Shown here in pieces: positions 19,175 to 29,598 of a stretch of 64,000 nt of DNA (position 1 is its first letter; every line of letters starts with the position of its first letter). The stretch spans positions 119,534 to 183,533 of the IMG/VR virus record IMGVR_UViG_3300038415_000014. One strand, written 5' to 3'. The notes under the pieces were generated by a model that saw nothing but the letters and a program-made list of their open reading frames with translations, ran no database searches and was not told the DNA's origin. Both the position numbers and the translations under genes were made by a program. Source of the stretch: a virus.

Positions 19175-20552
19175 ACCCTCGTCGCCAAGCTTCGTGAGTT
19201 ATCAGTTCTCTTTCATTCGAGGTGGATCCATTGTGTATGAGGCTAAACTTCTTCCTTTTACCAGGGTTAGCCTCTGATATGACATGGGTATCATAGATGG
19301 TCATCGCCCGCGGGTCGTCCGAGCCTAAGTTACCAATAGCTAGGCTGTCACTACTGGGAGGCTCCTCAGTCTCGACTACCGGAGATGGTTTGACTTCCAC
19401 GGGCTTGCTAGGGGGCGAGGGTGAGGCAGCCAACGGTACCTGAGCTGCCACCGGTGCAGGTGATACCTGCGGGACCGAAGCTAGAACTACCGGTTGATGA
19501 GCAACAGTTGGTACCCTAACCCCAGAAAAAGCCAGGGTGGTTAGGTCACAAATCAAGCTGACCTGAGTGACGTACCTAGATCTTAGAAAATAGCCGGAAA
19601 TCTCAATGAGCTTCAACCCATGCAGCTCGTAGGCCTTCTTCGCTAGCTCCCTATCAGTAAACGAAAAGTCTACCCCTAGCCCATTAGCCAGCCTGAATGC
19701 ATTCATCGCGGCTTCAGATAGCCCCGAGGCTACCTCTTCGGCAGTAACCCGCTCACAGGCTTGGTCAGTAAGCTGCAAGGCATTCTTGAGGTCAGTCGAC
19801 AGACTGATGAGGATTTGATAGTAAGTAGAAACAACCGACAGATTGAGGTGCTCCCGGACATTGTCCAAGGTAACTGGACCAATCTGAGCGATCATCTCAA
19901 GCCGACTCACTACGTCTCGGACATGACCCCCAGCGTAGTCGATGATCGTTAGAACCCCATCATCTTCGTATTCAACCTTCTCAGCTTCAAGGATGTGTTT
20001 CATCCTTACCAGAATGTCATCACGGGTGACCTTCCGGATACCATACTCCTCGCACCGGGATCTGATGGCCCCACGGACCTTCTCGGGCTCCGTAGTGCAA
20101 AACATTCCGATCATCTTGCGCTCTTCCAGAGGCTTTAGTAGGACGTCCTGAGCATCCTTGCTCATCCGATGGCATTCATCGAACAAGAATATCCGCTTGT
20201 CCGCCCCCACAATAGTGAAAGGAAGACTGTCCACAATCCTTCGAATCTGGTCGATACCACCTTGGCTAGCAGCATCCTTCTCGGAGAAGGCCACTGAAGA
20301 GTCATTCAGGATGGATCTGCAACTCTCACACTGGTTGCAGGGCTCCGGATTGCTCTTGTCCAGATTCTCGCAAAGCATCGCCCGAGCATAGATTCGAGCT
20401 AAGGTAGTCTTACCCTGACCACTACCACCGCTGAAAATGTAGCTGGTGTCAAGCGCAGTCCCATTCCTGAGCCGAGCTTTCAGTAGTTGAACAGTACCCT
20501 CTTGACCTAGGACATCAGCGAAGGTCAATGGACGATAAGTGGTATCCCACAC
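19140..20552 (-). CDS. dnaX: DNA polymerase III gamma/tau clamp-loader subunit
   Basis: YRPLTFADVLGQ, GSGQGKTT, CNQCESC, DECH, SRC motif. Confidence 0.92.
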   Translation of the reverse strand: MWDTTYRPLTFADVLGQEGTVQLLKARLRNGTALDTSYIFSGGSGQGKTTLARIYARAMLCENLDKSNPEPCNQCESCRSILNDSSVAFSEKDAASQGGIDQIRRIVDSLPFTIVGADKRIFLFDECHRMSKDAQDVLLKPLEERKMIGMFCTTEPEKVRGAIRSRCEEYGIRKVTRDDILVRMKHILEAEKVEYEDDGVLTIIDYAGGHVRDVVSRLEMIAQIGPVTLDNVREHLNLSVVSTYYQILISLSTDLKNALQLTDQACERVTAEEVASGLSEAAMNAFRLANGLGVDFSFTDRELAKKAYELHGLKLIEISGYFLRSRYVTQVSLICDLTTLAFSGVRVPTVAHQPVVLASVPQVSPAPVAAQVPLAASPSPPSKPVEVKPSPVVETEEPPSSDSLAIGNLGSDDPRAMTIYDTHVISEANPGKRKKFSLIHNGSTSNERELITHEAWRRGFAELWSRGGNG

Positions 20553-20564
20553 TTTTACGACCTT

Positions 20565-21056
20565 TTATTCGTTGGCTGCCGCTTGAAGCTCGTTCTCTTC
20601 GGTTTCGTCAGTCATGAAGCTCAGGTCCAGAGATTGCGCAACATGCGTGAAGTTGGAGAGGTCCTCTGTCCAAGCACCATGGCGCCGAAGTATCGAGCTG
20701 AATTCGTACACATCAGGCTCTCGGGTCTTCCACTTCATCTCCGCCGTCTGTTCATCCTCTTCACCAGTGCAGCGTTCGAGCAAGTGATCAACTAGGGCTG
20801 TCCTACGAGGGGCATCCAGCTCGTTCCAGATGTCGAGTGGGATGTCCATCAAGAAGTCCGGGTTGCCCTCCATGAGGAACTTCTGAAGATCACTCATCTT
20901 TTTCACGGTACCCAGTACCGACTTGCCACCACGTTTGGTGTGTTGTTCCCTGAAGATGTATCGGAACTTGGCCTCAGCCAACTCCGGATGATGGGTACCA
21001 ATAAGGCTGTTGGCGATCGTCTCAACAGCCTGAGCTTCTTCATAGGTCTGCGCCAT
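20565..21056 (-). CDS. Putative phage metallopeptidase-fold protein, probably inactive
   Basis: ALVDHLLERC in place of HExxH; PDVYEF..ILRRHG C-terminal motif. Confidence 0.55.
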   Translation of the reverse strand: MAQTYEEAQAVETIANSLIGTHHPELAEAKFRYIFREQHTKRGGKSVLGTVKKMSDLQKFLMEGNPDFLMDIPLDIWNELDAPRRTALVDHLLERCTGEEDEQTAEMKWKTREPDVYEFSSILRRHGAWTEDLSNFTHVAQSLDLSFMTDETEENELQAAANE

Positions 21057-21058
21057 AG

Positions 21059-21766
21059 CTACTCCCTAATCTGATTCATGAGATACAACTTGAGTTGGTC
21101 ATCACCCCAAGCTTCCCAAAGGTTACCTGGGTCTTTCACAGGCTTCCCATTGGGTAGGATGACACCACGCGGGTAGTCCAAAGTTTGAAGGTGTTCGAAG
21201 TCCGAACGATACTCTCCGGTGAATTCTCTGCAGGCAGATCTTCCAGTTGAATCCGCATCGTAGAACAAGTACACCTTATGGACAAGTCTGAACAACCAGC
21301 GTAATAAAGACTCAGTAATTCTAGCGGTCATTGTACTAATTGTGTATGGGAATACCCTTTGAACTGGGAACAAGTCAAAAGCACCTTCCACAATACACAC
21401 AGATCCCGTACTCCACAGATGAGGGATGGCTTGGCTCAACCCAAAAAGTACTGGCTCGTCCCGTACCAAGAAGTAATCCAAGTACCCCTTGTTGGACTGG
21501 TCAACAGACCTAAATTGGAAACCCATGACCATCCCGAGCGGGTTGGTCAACGGGAGTACAAATGAGTCCTTCAGCTTCTTCCCACCATGCGCCCAGTCGC
21601 TAAAGGCAGGGTCAACCCCAGCCGGCAAAGTACCGTTCAAGTACCCAAGCTTGAACTCTTTGATTTGATCTGGTTCGGAAGAAACACCTCGGGACCAAAG
21701 AGCCTCGTACACCCTGTCGTCGAGGTTACCCTGCGCATACGAAACTAGATCATCAGCCCAACTCAT
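21059..21766 (-). CDS. DNA primase (TOPRIM domain)
   Basis: IVEGAFD, YDADSTG, KDPG motifs; no N-terminal Zn-binding domain. Confidence 0.8.
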   Translation of the reverse strand: MSWADDLVSYAQGNLDDRVYEALWSRGVSSEPDQIKEFKLGYLNGTLPAGVDPAFSDWAHGGKKLKDSFVLPLTNPLGMVMGFQFRSVDQSNKGYLDYFLVRDEPVLFGLSQAIPHLWSTGSVCIVEGAFDLFPVQRVFPYTISTMTARITESLLRWLFRLVHKVYLFYDADSTGRSACREFTGEYRSDFEHLQTLDYPRGVILPNGKPVKDPGNLWEAWGDDQLKLYLMNQIRE

Positions 21767-22334
21767 GTGACTCGATTACCGCTAAAGTCTTGTCTACGTT
21801 GTAAAGTTGGAGGCCAACATAGTCTCCAACCCTTACATAGACACCTAAAGCCGGTGCATCGGTAACTAAGATCGCACATTTATCTGGCAGGTCAGTTGAC
21901 ATGAGTTGCAAGCCTTCGACCCTGCCATGTTGAACCCCCTCTTCATCTGTGAACCGACTGATGACTCCCCTTGGGAGAACCAAGCTCCTCGGCTTGAATC
22001 GAGAGGCTCTCATGGATTCAATAGCATCCCCTACAGAATCAAACCGATTACCCCACCCGCGTTCGATAGTTAAAATCAAGGTCTGACGAACCAAGGTAGT
22101 CAGTAAGGATGGCTCCTCCTCCAAGGTGCAAGGAGAAAAACCGAATCTAGCCATCCCCTCCTTGTTCTTGTGAGTCGTAACAAACTGACCGCGCGCATTG
22201 GTAACAAGGATTGGATCAAGTCCGTCAGCTACCCCTCGCTCTGACATCGCCGGGACAGAAAATCCTGCCCCAGGGTTGCTCCTGGGACGAATCCGTTCCG
22301 TGGCTAATAGGTACGGGAATATCGAGAAGTTCAT
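21753..22334 (-). CDS. Hypothetical protein
   Basis: 193-aa ORF overlapping both neighbours. Confidence 0.55.
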   Translation of the reverse strand: MNFSIFPYLLATERIRPRSNPGAGFSVPAMSERGVADGLDPILVTNARGQFVTTHKNKEGMARFGFSPCTLEEEPSLLTTLVRQTLILTIERGWGNRFDSVGDAIESMRASRFKPRSLVLPRGVISRFTDEEGVQHGRVEGLQLMSTDLPDKCAILVTDAPALGVYVRVGDYVGLQLYNVDKTLAVIESHELG

Positions 22335-22873
22335 GGCTCTGTTGAAGGTGGGAGCAACTTCGAGGTATCAATCTTTGGGGCAACTGGTTCCAGATCAATT
22401 CTCCGAACCCAAAACCAAATCAATTTCCACCACGGGAGTTTGAACTCCGGAACTACCCCGAGAACCCATAGAAGGGAGAACAACTCGGGGTGGTTCTCAT
22501 TCACCCAAGCAGAGCTCTTCAGGTCCTGTGAGAGCTCGGGGAGAATGTCCGCCTTGGTCTTCATCGGTTTGAAGTCAGCACACTTCCTGGCGTCAATAGG
22601 CTCTTCGCAGATGGTACCTTCCCAGTTCTCTGGATCGTTGCACCCGAGCATGCAGAAGCCAATCGTCTGAATAACTGGTAATCCAAGCTTGTTCGTGATT
22701 CGGTTGTACTCTGGGTTTGACTCGCCTTCGAGCTGCTTTCGGGTATCCAATGGGTGGCGGTAGTTGTTGACACATCGAGTAGGGAGCCGCTCAGAAGCCA
22801 TGGCCACCCTACGGTCAAGCTCCGCACAGACCAACTCATTGACCCGCGCCTGTATCTCAGACTTGGTTTTCAT
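22331..22873 (-). CDS. Cys-containing hypothetical protein
   Basis: 180-aa ORF in operon context. Confidence 0.55.
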   Translation of the reverse strand: MKTKSEIQARVNELVCAELDRRVAMASERLPTRCVNNYRHPLDTRKQLEGESNPEYNRITNKLGLPVIQTIGFCMLGCNDPENWEGTICEEPIDARKCADFKPMKTKADILPELSQDLKSSAWVNENHPELFSLLWVLGVVPEFKLPWWKLIWFWVRRIDLEPVAPKIDTSKLLPPSTEP

Positions 22874-23564
22874 GTTTGGAACCTCTAGCGCGCCGTAAAG
22901 TCAAGTGCTTACGACCCCCATCAATCTTTGTATCAGCTTGATAGGCCGTTGGCGCGTAATCGACGTAGGACAGGTGCTGAGTAACCAAGAATATGTCCAG
23001 ACCCATAGTCTCGGCCAGACCTTTGAGGAACAAGCTGGTGTTTTCCACATATACATCTGACACCGCAGAAAGAGTCTCGTCGAGCAGAAGGAACTTTCGG
23101 CGCTTGAGCCGCAGAAGGGTCAGAATCCTCAGTACTAAACTTGCAATAGTCGCCGGACCTCCCCCATAAGACTCCATGGGGCTCCCACGCGTCCCACCAT
23201 TCTCGGGGTCGCCATCACACACGAGGAACTCTGCGCTGACTCGATTGTACTTCGAGGACAACTCAGTCTCAAACCTGAGGTCCTGATCAAAAAAGATGGT
23301 CTGGAACCCATGCGTGATCACCTCATCAATGGCTTTGACCTGGCTCTTCACCATCCGGTCCAGTAGCATCAAGTAGAGCTCAGAGACCTTGGCCAAGATA
23401 GCGAGACGAGAAGAGAGGGACTCTAATTCCCTCTCCTTCTCACTCAGTTCTGAGGTCAACTGATCCCGAAGCGCCGTAACCTTAGTGGATCTAAGTCGAA
23501 GCGCATCGAGTCTCTGTTTTCCTACTTCTTTTTCTGAGAGGGTGTGAATCTCGTCACTCGACAC
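22857..23564 (-). CDS. SbcC/Rad50-like ABC ATPase, C-terminal half
   Basis: Coiled coil, then signature-like YGGG, Walker B FLLLDE and H-loop VTQH; no Walker A. Confidence 0.8.
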   Translation of the reverse strand: MSSDEIHTLSEKEVGKQRLDALRLRSTKVTALRDQLTSELSEKERELESLSSRLAILAKVSELYLMLLDRMVKSQVKAIDEVITHGFQTIFFDQDLRFETELSSKYNRVSAEFLVCDGDPENGGTRGSPMESYGGGPATIASLVLRILTLLRLKRRKFLLLDETLSAVSDVYVENTSLFLKGLAETMGLDIFLVTQHLSYVDYAPTAYQADTKIDGGRKHLTLRRARGSKHENQV

Positions 23565-24778
23565 TGGATGCCGTCCTCTGCAGAGGGGTCTGGCTTACCA
23601 GACTTTTTGTTCAACTTTACATCATCAATGGTCCTGAATAAGCAGGTGGCTAGGGTACCATCATCCTTGGGCTTGCCCAAGTAACCTCGGAAGGTGACAT
23701 CGTAGCCTCTCATGGTCTGGAATAGCTCAGTGAACTGCTTGGCGCTCACTGGGACCGAGAAGCTATCTGCCTTGGATTGTTTGGTCCCTTCCTCTTCTTC
23801 TACCACCGGAGTAGCCTCGACCTTGATGGACTTAGCTTTAGCCGCCGGGACATCAAACCAGATCTTAGCGATCTTGGCATCATAGTTGAATATGAGGGTG
23901 TCATCTTCTTTTTTCAGAGCTCCCTTTGCACAGTCCAGAGCATTCAGTAGGCGACTTCTACTGACCCGGACCACCAAGGAGTCCATCTTGAGAGAGTGGT
24001 AGTTGAACTTGTCATGCAGTTCCCCTAACTTGCTCCAACCAAAGACGTCGCCCCTCTCACTCAAGGCGAAAGTCTTATCACTGCCAATCCTGAGAGTAAC
24101 TGTAGCGTCACACTTTGATAGGAAACTCAAGAAAGCTGAGATGAACCTATCGCTGATGGCCAACCTTTTACCAGAGAAGTGCTCGCTCTTGAAGAAGCAA
24201 GCCATATACTTGTCACTGGCGAATAGGTAGCCGTCACCTTTCTCGAATCGGCCCTTATCCATCACCTCGATCCCGCGGTACGCTTCTGAGTCGCTCTCAG
24301 CCTTGTCAGCCATAAATGGTCGAGCCAGGCTGATTGCCTCTCGAAGAACCCCAGCACTGAACTCGTAGGTTTCAGTAGCCGCCTCAAGGTCTTCATCATA
24401 TCGGGAGACACTGTCCGGAGATATGGTTCCGAACTCCGCCTTGGCTCCATCAGGACTAGTAACATACCTCACCACATGGCTTCCCTCTTCAGAGGTTGCC
24501 TCGATGATGCAAGTATCCTCCTCTTTCGCCAGAGGGCGCAATGAATTACTCAGGTTCTGGGCAGGGAACACGAAGGCCCCATCTCCACTTGACTCAATCA
24601 AATCAAACTTAGCCCGTGCTATGCAGTCAAGGCCACTGGAGTAGAGGTGACACTCCTTGCCCTTCACAGAGAAAAGATACCCTGCTGTACCATTTTCAGT
24701 CGCGTTGGGGTTCACAGCGGAGACCACATCAAGGGCCTCAATGATATCAGACAGGTTGAAATTTATGGTGATCTTCAT
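23522..24778 (-). CDS. dnaN: DNA polymerase sliding clamp (beta-like)
   Basis: 418 aa with beta-clamp domain pattern (LREAISLARPF, FASDKY, VSRSRLLNALD); clamp loader present. Confidence 0.7.
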   Translation of the reverse strand: MKITINFNLSDIIEALDVVSAVNPNATENGTAGYLFSVKGKECHLYSSGLDCIARAKFDLIESSGDGAFVFPAQNLSNSLRPLAKEEDTCIIEATSEEGSHVVRYVTSPDGAKAEFGTISPDSVSRYDEDLEAATETYEFSAGVLREAISLARPFMADKAESDSEAYRGIEVMDKGRFEKGDGYLFASDKYMACFFKSEHFSGKRLAISDRFISAFLSFLSKCDATVTLRIGSDKTFALSERGDVFGWSKLGELHDKFNYHSLKMDSLVVRVSRSRLLNALDCAKGALKKEDDTLIFNYDAKIAKIWFDVPAAKAKSIKVEATPVVEEEEGTKQSKADSFSVPVSAKQFTELFQTMRGYDVTFRGYLGKPKDDGTLATCLFRTIDDVKLNKKSGKPDPSAEDGIQCRVTRFTPSQKKK

Positions 24779-24786
24779 CTAATTCC

Positions 24787-25071
24787 TCATTTCCGGTCAT
24801 ACTCTGCGAAGGTACTCTCTACCTCTGTTAGCTGCTTTTCGTAAGTTTCAATCAAGTCCTCAAGTTCCCTTTGAGTTTTGTTCCTCTCTTCGACAAGGGT
24901 CTTGGGGTTGTACCCAGAATCGCTGATCTCCCTCACTAGGGCAGCTAGCTCCTCCTTCTTGGACTTCAACTCCCCAGACAACTCGGACTTCCGACGAAGT
25001 ATCCGAGAGTGGCGCTGAACTATACTGGCCACCTTCTCCTGTAATTTATCTGGTGTTAAAAGCTGAGACAT
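24787..25071 (-). CDS. Small coiled-coil protein
   Basis: 94 aa with heptad pattern. Confidence 0.6.
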   Translation of the reverse strand: MSQLLTPDKLQEKVASIVQRHSRILRRKSELSGELKSKKEELAALVREISDSGYNPKTLVEERNKTQRELEDLIETYEKQLTEVESTFAEYDRK

Positions 25072-25093
25072 CTAACCACCTCTCCATGAAGCT

Positions 25094-26059
25094 TCAATCG
25101 TCAATACCGAGGGCAAGTTCTGTTACACCTTCCGGTAGGTTTAGCCGGGGACGAGGGCGAGATTTCTGTACTTGTTTCTTACCATCTTCGCACACCGACG
25201 CGAATGCACACAAGTTACACCCATAACTGGGCTGAGATGGGAAAAGCTCTTGCCTCAGGTCATTATAGGCTTGAGAGCCCCTTCCAGCCTTGTCTAGACG
25301 GTCAGTTGCGACGTCTATACGAGTGAGTACTGATAGAACCTCGACTCTCAGATTGTAGAAATCAGTTTCAGAGAACTCCACCCACTCAATCGCTCTCTCA
25401 CCTTCGAACCTCCAGAAAATGAAGCCGAGACCATCTGGCATCTTCCCCGTGTGAGTCTTGTACAGCAGCCCATACCACTTCAACTGGGTACCTTCGATTT
25501 TATGCCCCTTGGCAAGCCTATGGCCATCAACATAGGTCTCCCGATGCGCGGATCCCTTGCCATCAAGGATGACGGTATCATTGAGTGGTTTTACTCGTTG
25601 GATGATGAAATCCGAGCGGCCACCCATGATGTACTTACCGAACTTGAAGTCGAGCTTGAACTCGGTATCCATGCGAGGACCGACTAAGCGATTTTCTCGA
25701 ATGGTCTGTACTCCAATAGGAATCGTCTTCTCTAAGTCGACAAGAATCTCCGCCCTATTATGGTAGTTGGCCTTCTCATCAGACCAATCAACGGCTCGTC
25801 CTTTCTCCTTGGACTCCTTGATGGCAGCAGCCAAGTGCAACGGAGCAAGAGATAGTAGGCGACCCGTGATATCTTGGTCACGCCAGATCTTCTGCTTGTA
25901 GAAGGTCTCGAAGATGGTACCAATGGTGGTACCATAGAGGGAGTTGACACTGTTCTCAAGTAACTTGAGCTTGGTTTTAACAACATACTTATGCCAGTAG
26001 GCATAGGGACACTTCTCGTATTCCTTGTACCCAGAGTACGAGATGTAATTTACGCTCAT
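25094..26059 (-). CDS. PD-(D/E)XK (RecB/Cas4-like) nuclease
   Basis: SYSGYKEYEKCP, GRSDF, ILDGK, QLKWY, CNLCAFASVC. Confidence 0.8.
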   Translation of the reverse strand: MSVNYISYSGYKEYEKCPYAYWHKYVVKTKLKLLENSVNSLYGTTIGTIFETFYKQKIWRDQDITGRLLSLAPLHLAAAIKESKEKGRAVDWSDEKANYHNRAEILVDLEKTIPIGVQTIRENRLVGPRMDTEFKLDFKFGKYIMGGRSDFIIQRVKPLNDTVILDGKGSAHRETYVDGHRLAKGHKIEGTQLKWYGLLYKTHTGKMPDGLGFIFWRFEGERAIEWVEFSETDFYNLRVEVLSVLTRIDVATDRLDKAGRGSQAYNDLRQELFPSQPSYGCNLCAFASVCEDGKKQVQKSRPRPRLNLPEGVTELALGIDD

Positions 26060-27030
26060 CCTACTTCAGCCATTTCTAGGTACCTGAGAGCTTCGCTACG
26101 AACATCATCGGCAAAGTCTAGATTCCTGATGTTTGCCTCGATGGTCTGATCCGGGTCCACTTCACCTTCAGACACCAAGCGTTGGATGAACTGGTTGATG
26201 TCTTGGCGCTCGCGTTCTTGTACCTCTTTCTTCTCAAGATCGAAGACATCCTCAGCTGGGGCAACCTCCAACTTGAAGGTTTCCACCCGTACCTCACTAC
26301 CATCAAACTCGACCAAAGCAACCTTGGGTACGCGTTCGAGATTCTCCCTAACTAAGGACCCACGAGATAGAGCCCCTTGATTAATGAAGTGTTTACCACC
26401 TACGACTTCAACACCTTGGTCTTTATGCCAATGACCAAACATGAAAACGTCAGGTCCATTGCGGCTGACAAGTGATTCATAGGAGAATACTGGCTCGTTC
26501 CAGAAGTCCTCCACAGAGGGAGGAGGCTTCAACGCGGCGAGGGCATGAATAACCGCTATCAGGTGGGTGTCCCCTTTTTTCTTCTGAATACCCATGAGTT
26601 CGTTGAGTGTCAGATTTGGGTTGTAGGGGACGCCAACAACACGTACCCGAAGGTCACCATCCTCAAAGACCCGCTCACCTAGCTGCTCGAACACCTTGCT
26701 AGTGTAGAGCGTCCCAAGGGGTTGTCGCTCCAGGGTATCCATGTTATTGTACCGAACATCATGATTACCGGTTGCAAACAAGATAGGGCATGGGTAACCC
26801 AAGTGGATTGAGGCAGTCTTTTGTACCAAGTAGTGTGAGTTCTTGGTGGGCGCCTTCACATGGAAGTAGTCGCCCCCGTCGAGCACAGCATTGACCTCAT
26901 GCCTACGAGCCAGAGTCCCAACTTGCTCCAAGCTATTCCAGATCTCTTCAGTATAATCAGCTTTCCAAGAGACCGGGCTGTTGTCAGATTGGTGGATATC
27001 GGTCCGAAAAAGGAATGATAGTCTAGGCAT
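26056..27030 (-). CDS. sbcD: SbcD/Mre11-like metallophosphoesterase nuclease
   Basis: TDIH, GGDYFH, GNHD, GHWH motifs. Confidence 0.85.
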   Translation of the reverse strand: MPRLSFLFRTDIHQSDNSPVSWKADYTEEIWNSLEQVGTLARRHEVNAVLDGGDYFHVKAPTKNSHYLVQKTASIHLGYPCPILFATGNHDVRYNNMDTLERQPLGTLYTSKVFEQLGERVFEDGDLRVRVVGVPYNPNLTLNELMGIQKKKGDTHLIAVIHALAALKPPPSVEDFWNEPVFSYESLVSRNGPDVFMFGHWHKDQGVEVVGGKHFINQGALSRGSLVRENLERVPKVALVEFDGSEVRVETFKLEVAPAEDVFDLEKKEVQERERQDINQFIQRLVSEGEVDPDQTIEANIRNLDFADDVRSEALRYLEMAEVG

Positions 27031-28375
27031 GAGAGTGATCCAACGTTAGGGGGCGTACACACGTTGGACAGACCCCAAGGGTGCTAATCTCTCCTTCGAG
27101 ATTGGTCTCCTCGCTATCGACCTGCGCCAACTCACTTTCGAGAGAACTGATCGAACCCTGTAAGGATTTGGACTTACTGAGGAGTCGATCTAGGGTGACC
27201 AACTTACCTTGCAGCTGTTGCAGAACTTCTAGATCCGGGACTGGGGCTTTAGTTGCCTTGTCAACAGCCAGGTACTTCTCTTTGATCAGCATCAATCGAG
27301 TGATCCAAGAACTTAAGAGAGTGAGGGTGGCTGAAGAGTCCTTCAAACCCTTGATATCTGGTACCTTGTCCTCTAAGCCCTCAATCCACTCAAGCTTGGT
27401 AACCTCGACGAGGCGCCGAGCATGTTCGGTGGAGAACCTAGACAAGGTCCTGAGCTTGGAACTCAAGCTTGAAACAGGATCTATCTCAGGAACCTTGTCC
27501 TCTAAGCCCTCAATCCACTTCAACCCAGCCACACTAGCTTCTCGGCGGGAGTACTCCTCCGAGAACTTGGATAACTGATCTACCTTAGGGCCGAGCCGGT
27601 CAATCGCATCTATGGTAGGTACCTCGACAGCCTCTACACTCTTCAGATCTCGAACCAGTACCACCAGAGAGTGCAACTTGGAAATGTACCCTTTGATGGT
27701 ACCTAGCTTGCCCTCCTTAGCCTCGATAGCCTCGAACTGATGCCCAACATCATCAACCCTCTGAAGGGCGGTATCGAGCCCGTCGTAGCTGCAAAGACGG
27801 ATCCGAAGCTTGTCTACGTCAACCTCCCTGAGCTTCTTGGTGGCCTGAACATCACGACGGTCCTTCTCGACCAGCTTCGTCGCCTTGTTGATTCGCTCCA
27901 GCCTAGAGACATCGGAGATTGTTTCAGCTACAATCCCCCCAGACTGATCCAAGAGGAAGATTGGGTAAAACTGGTCAGCGATCTGGATGCTCTTGAGCGA
28001 GTCCCCTACCTTGACCGGGGCCAATCCGTTAGTGGTTAAAAACTCGGGGAGCCCCTTGCCAGGATGGTCATACTTTTCCCCATTGAGTAAGTAGAGGTTT
28101 ACAGCATCCCCTTTCTGCCAAAGCAAATCAAACCCCTCAGTAACAATGTGTACTGAGGTGAAACACTTACAAGTTTTCAACCCACGAAGGGTGCGAGCAC
28201 AATCGGGACCATGCCGGACAAAGCTCACCCCCTCAGCATTGGTGAGAGCGCACTTAAGCGCCCTCACCAATGCACTCTTTCCGATGTTGCTTCGGCCAAC
28301 AATAGCTGTGAACCCGTCGATAGAGAACTTGAGGTCCTCGGCGGATTGAAAGCCCTTGACCTCAATATTGATCAT
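27023..28375 (-). CDS. SbcC/Rad50-like ATPase, N-terminal half ending at the zinc hook
   Basis: Walker A GRSNIGKS, Q-loop IADQF, coiled coil, terminal CPTC. Confidence 0.8.
   Translation of the reverse strand: MINIEVKGFQSAEDLKFSIDGFTAIVGRSNIGKSALVRALKCALTNAEGVSFVRHGPDCARTLRGLKTCKCFTSVHIVTEGFDLLWQKGDAVNLYLLNGEKYDHPGKGLPEFLTTNGLAPVKVGDSLKSIQIADQFYPIFLLDQSGGIVAETISDVSRLERINKATKLVEKDRRDVQATKKLREVDVDKLRIRLCSYDGLDTALQRVDDVGHQFEAIEAKEGKLGTIKGYISKLHSLVVLVRDLKSVEAVEVPTIDAIDRLGPKVDQLSKFSEEYSRREASVAGLKWIEGLEDKVPEIDPVSSLSSKLRTLSRFSTEHARRLVEVTKLEWIEGLEDKVPDIKGLKDSSATLTLLSSWITRLMLIKEKYLAVDKATKAPVPDLEVLQQLQGKLVTLDRLLSKSKSLQGSISSLESELAQVDSEETNLEGEISTLGVCPTCVRPLTLDHSHA
27363..27519. repeat. 28-bp exact direct repeat, 129 bp (43 codons) apart, in the coiled coil
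   Basis: accttgtcctctaagccctcaatccact at 27363 and 27492 (WIEGLEDKVP twice). Confidence 0.9.
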
Positions 28376-29598
28376 GACCCCTCTGAGACTACTTCTTCCG
28401 GAACCGGATCAGCTGACTCGTCAAATAGGGTGTCATCATCGAGTTCTTGTCTCATATCAGAGACGATATCGTCGTCATTGACCTCGGCCACTGCAGTCGG
28501 GGACTCGGATAAGAGAGCTTGCATGACAGTGTCGCGCAACTTTTCGAATGCCTTTGGGTTGTTAACAAGGAAGCTGCGGAGCTTGTCCCTACCCTTGAAT
28601 GACTCGCCTTCGAAATCATATGCAGAACCTCTCTTAGTCACAAGCTTTCGTGGGACAGCAGCTTCGACCAGGGATAGGTACTCGTCAACACCAGAGCCGT
28701 ATCGAATGAAGATCTCACAAGTATGACCTTGTTTTCCATCCATTCGGTTCTTTACTGCTTTGACTTGTACTACGTTCCCGAACGGGATCTTCTTCTTTTG
28801 AAGGGTGATAGGGTCTACCTTCTCAATGAACTCAGACTTTATCCTTGTCAACTTGAGACGTAGGCTTGCATAGAACTTCACGGCCTTACCGCCAGCCGTG
28901 TTATCATCACCAGGACCATAGCTCGACTTCGAGATGTTGGCGCGTACCTGATTGATGAAGATGACGACCGCGGGTTGTTCTTTGAGCCACTGAGTCATCT
29001 TTGGTAGGACTGAACTCATAGCCCTCGCTAGGAACCCAATAGCAGCTGGGTCGTTGAGGTTCTTTTCCAACTCGGCTTTGGGTAGCATTGCAGCAACCGA
29101 GTCGATCACAACTAAGCCGATACCCTGCCTAATGGCGAGGTACATCATCTTCATGCCCTCTTCCAGAGTGGTGGGGGAGTATAAGCTCAGGTAAGACTCC
29201 TCGAAGTTCACACCAATGGACCTGGCATACCCGTGGTGAATGGCATTTTCATAGTCCAGGTACAACACCCCTTGGCGGGCGCGCTGAGCCTGGACCGCAG
29301 CAGCCAGAGCCAGAGTGGTCTTCCCGCTAGACTCAGCTCCGTAGATCTCCACGAGCCTCCCTCTAGGATACCCTGGACAGACTAGCCCACCACCATCGAT
29401 CAATGGGGTACCACCGATCAGACTATCAACCGCGATAGCCCCAGAAGGTAGATGAGGCCATGACCCAGACCTATTTCCAACAGGGTCCTGATCCGTAGCC
29501 TTCTTGATGAAGGCTCTCGTCTGAGCCATCATCTCTTTGCGCTTGGCGTCAACTTCATCAACAGGGGGTTGAGCATGTTTCTTTGCAGCCATAATCAC
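28372..29598 (-). CDS. recA: RecA recombinase
   Basis: EIYGAESSGKTT, IDSVAA, FINQVR, GGKAVKFYASLR. Confidence 0.95.
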   Translation of the reverse strand: MIMAAKKHAQPPVDEVDAKRKEMMAQTRAFIKKATDQDPVGNRSGSWPHLPSGAIAVDSLIGGTPLIDGGGLVCPGYPRGRLVEIYGAESSGKTTLALAAAVQAQRARQGVLYLDYENAIHHGYARSIGVNFEESYLSLYSPTTLEEGMKMMYLAIRQGIGLVVIDSVAAMLPKAELEKNLNDPAAIGFLARAMSSVLPKMTQWLKEQPAVVIFINQVRANISKSSYGPGDDNTAGGKAVKFYASLRLKLTRIKSEFIEKVDPITLQKKKIPFGNVVQVKAVKNRMDGKQGHTCEIFIRYGSGVDEYLSLVEAAVPRKLVTKRGSAYDFEGESFKGRDKLRSFLVNNPKAFEKLRDTVMQALLSESPTAVAEVNDDDIVSDMRQELDDDTLFDESADPVPEEVVSEGS

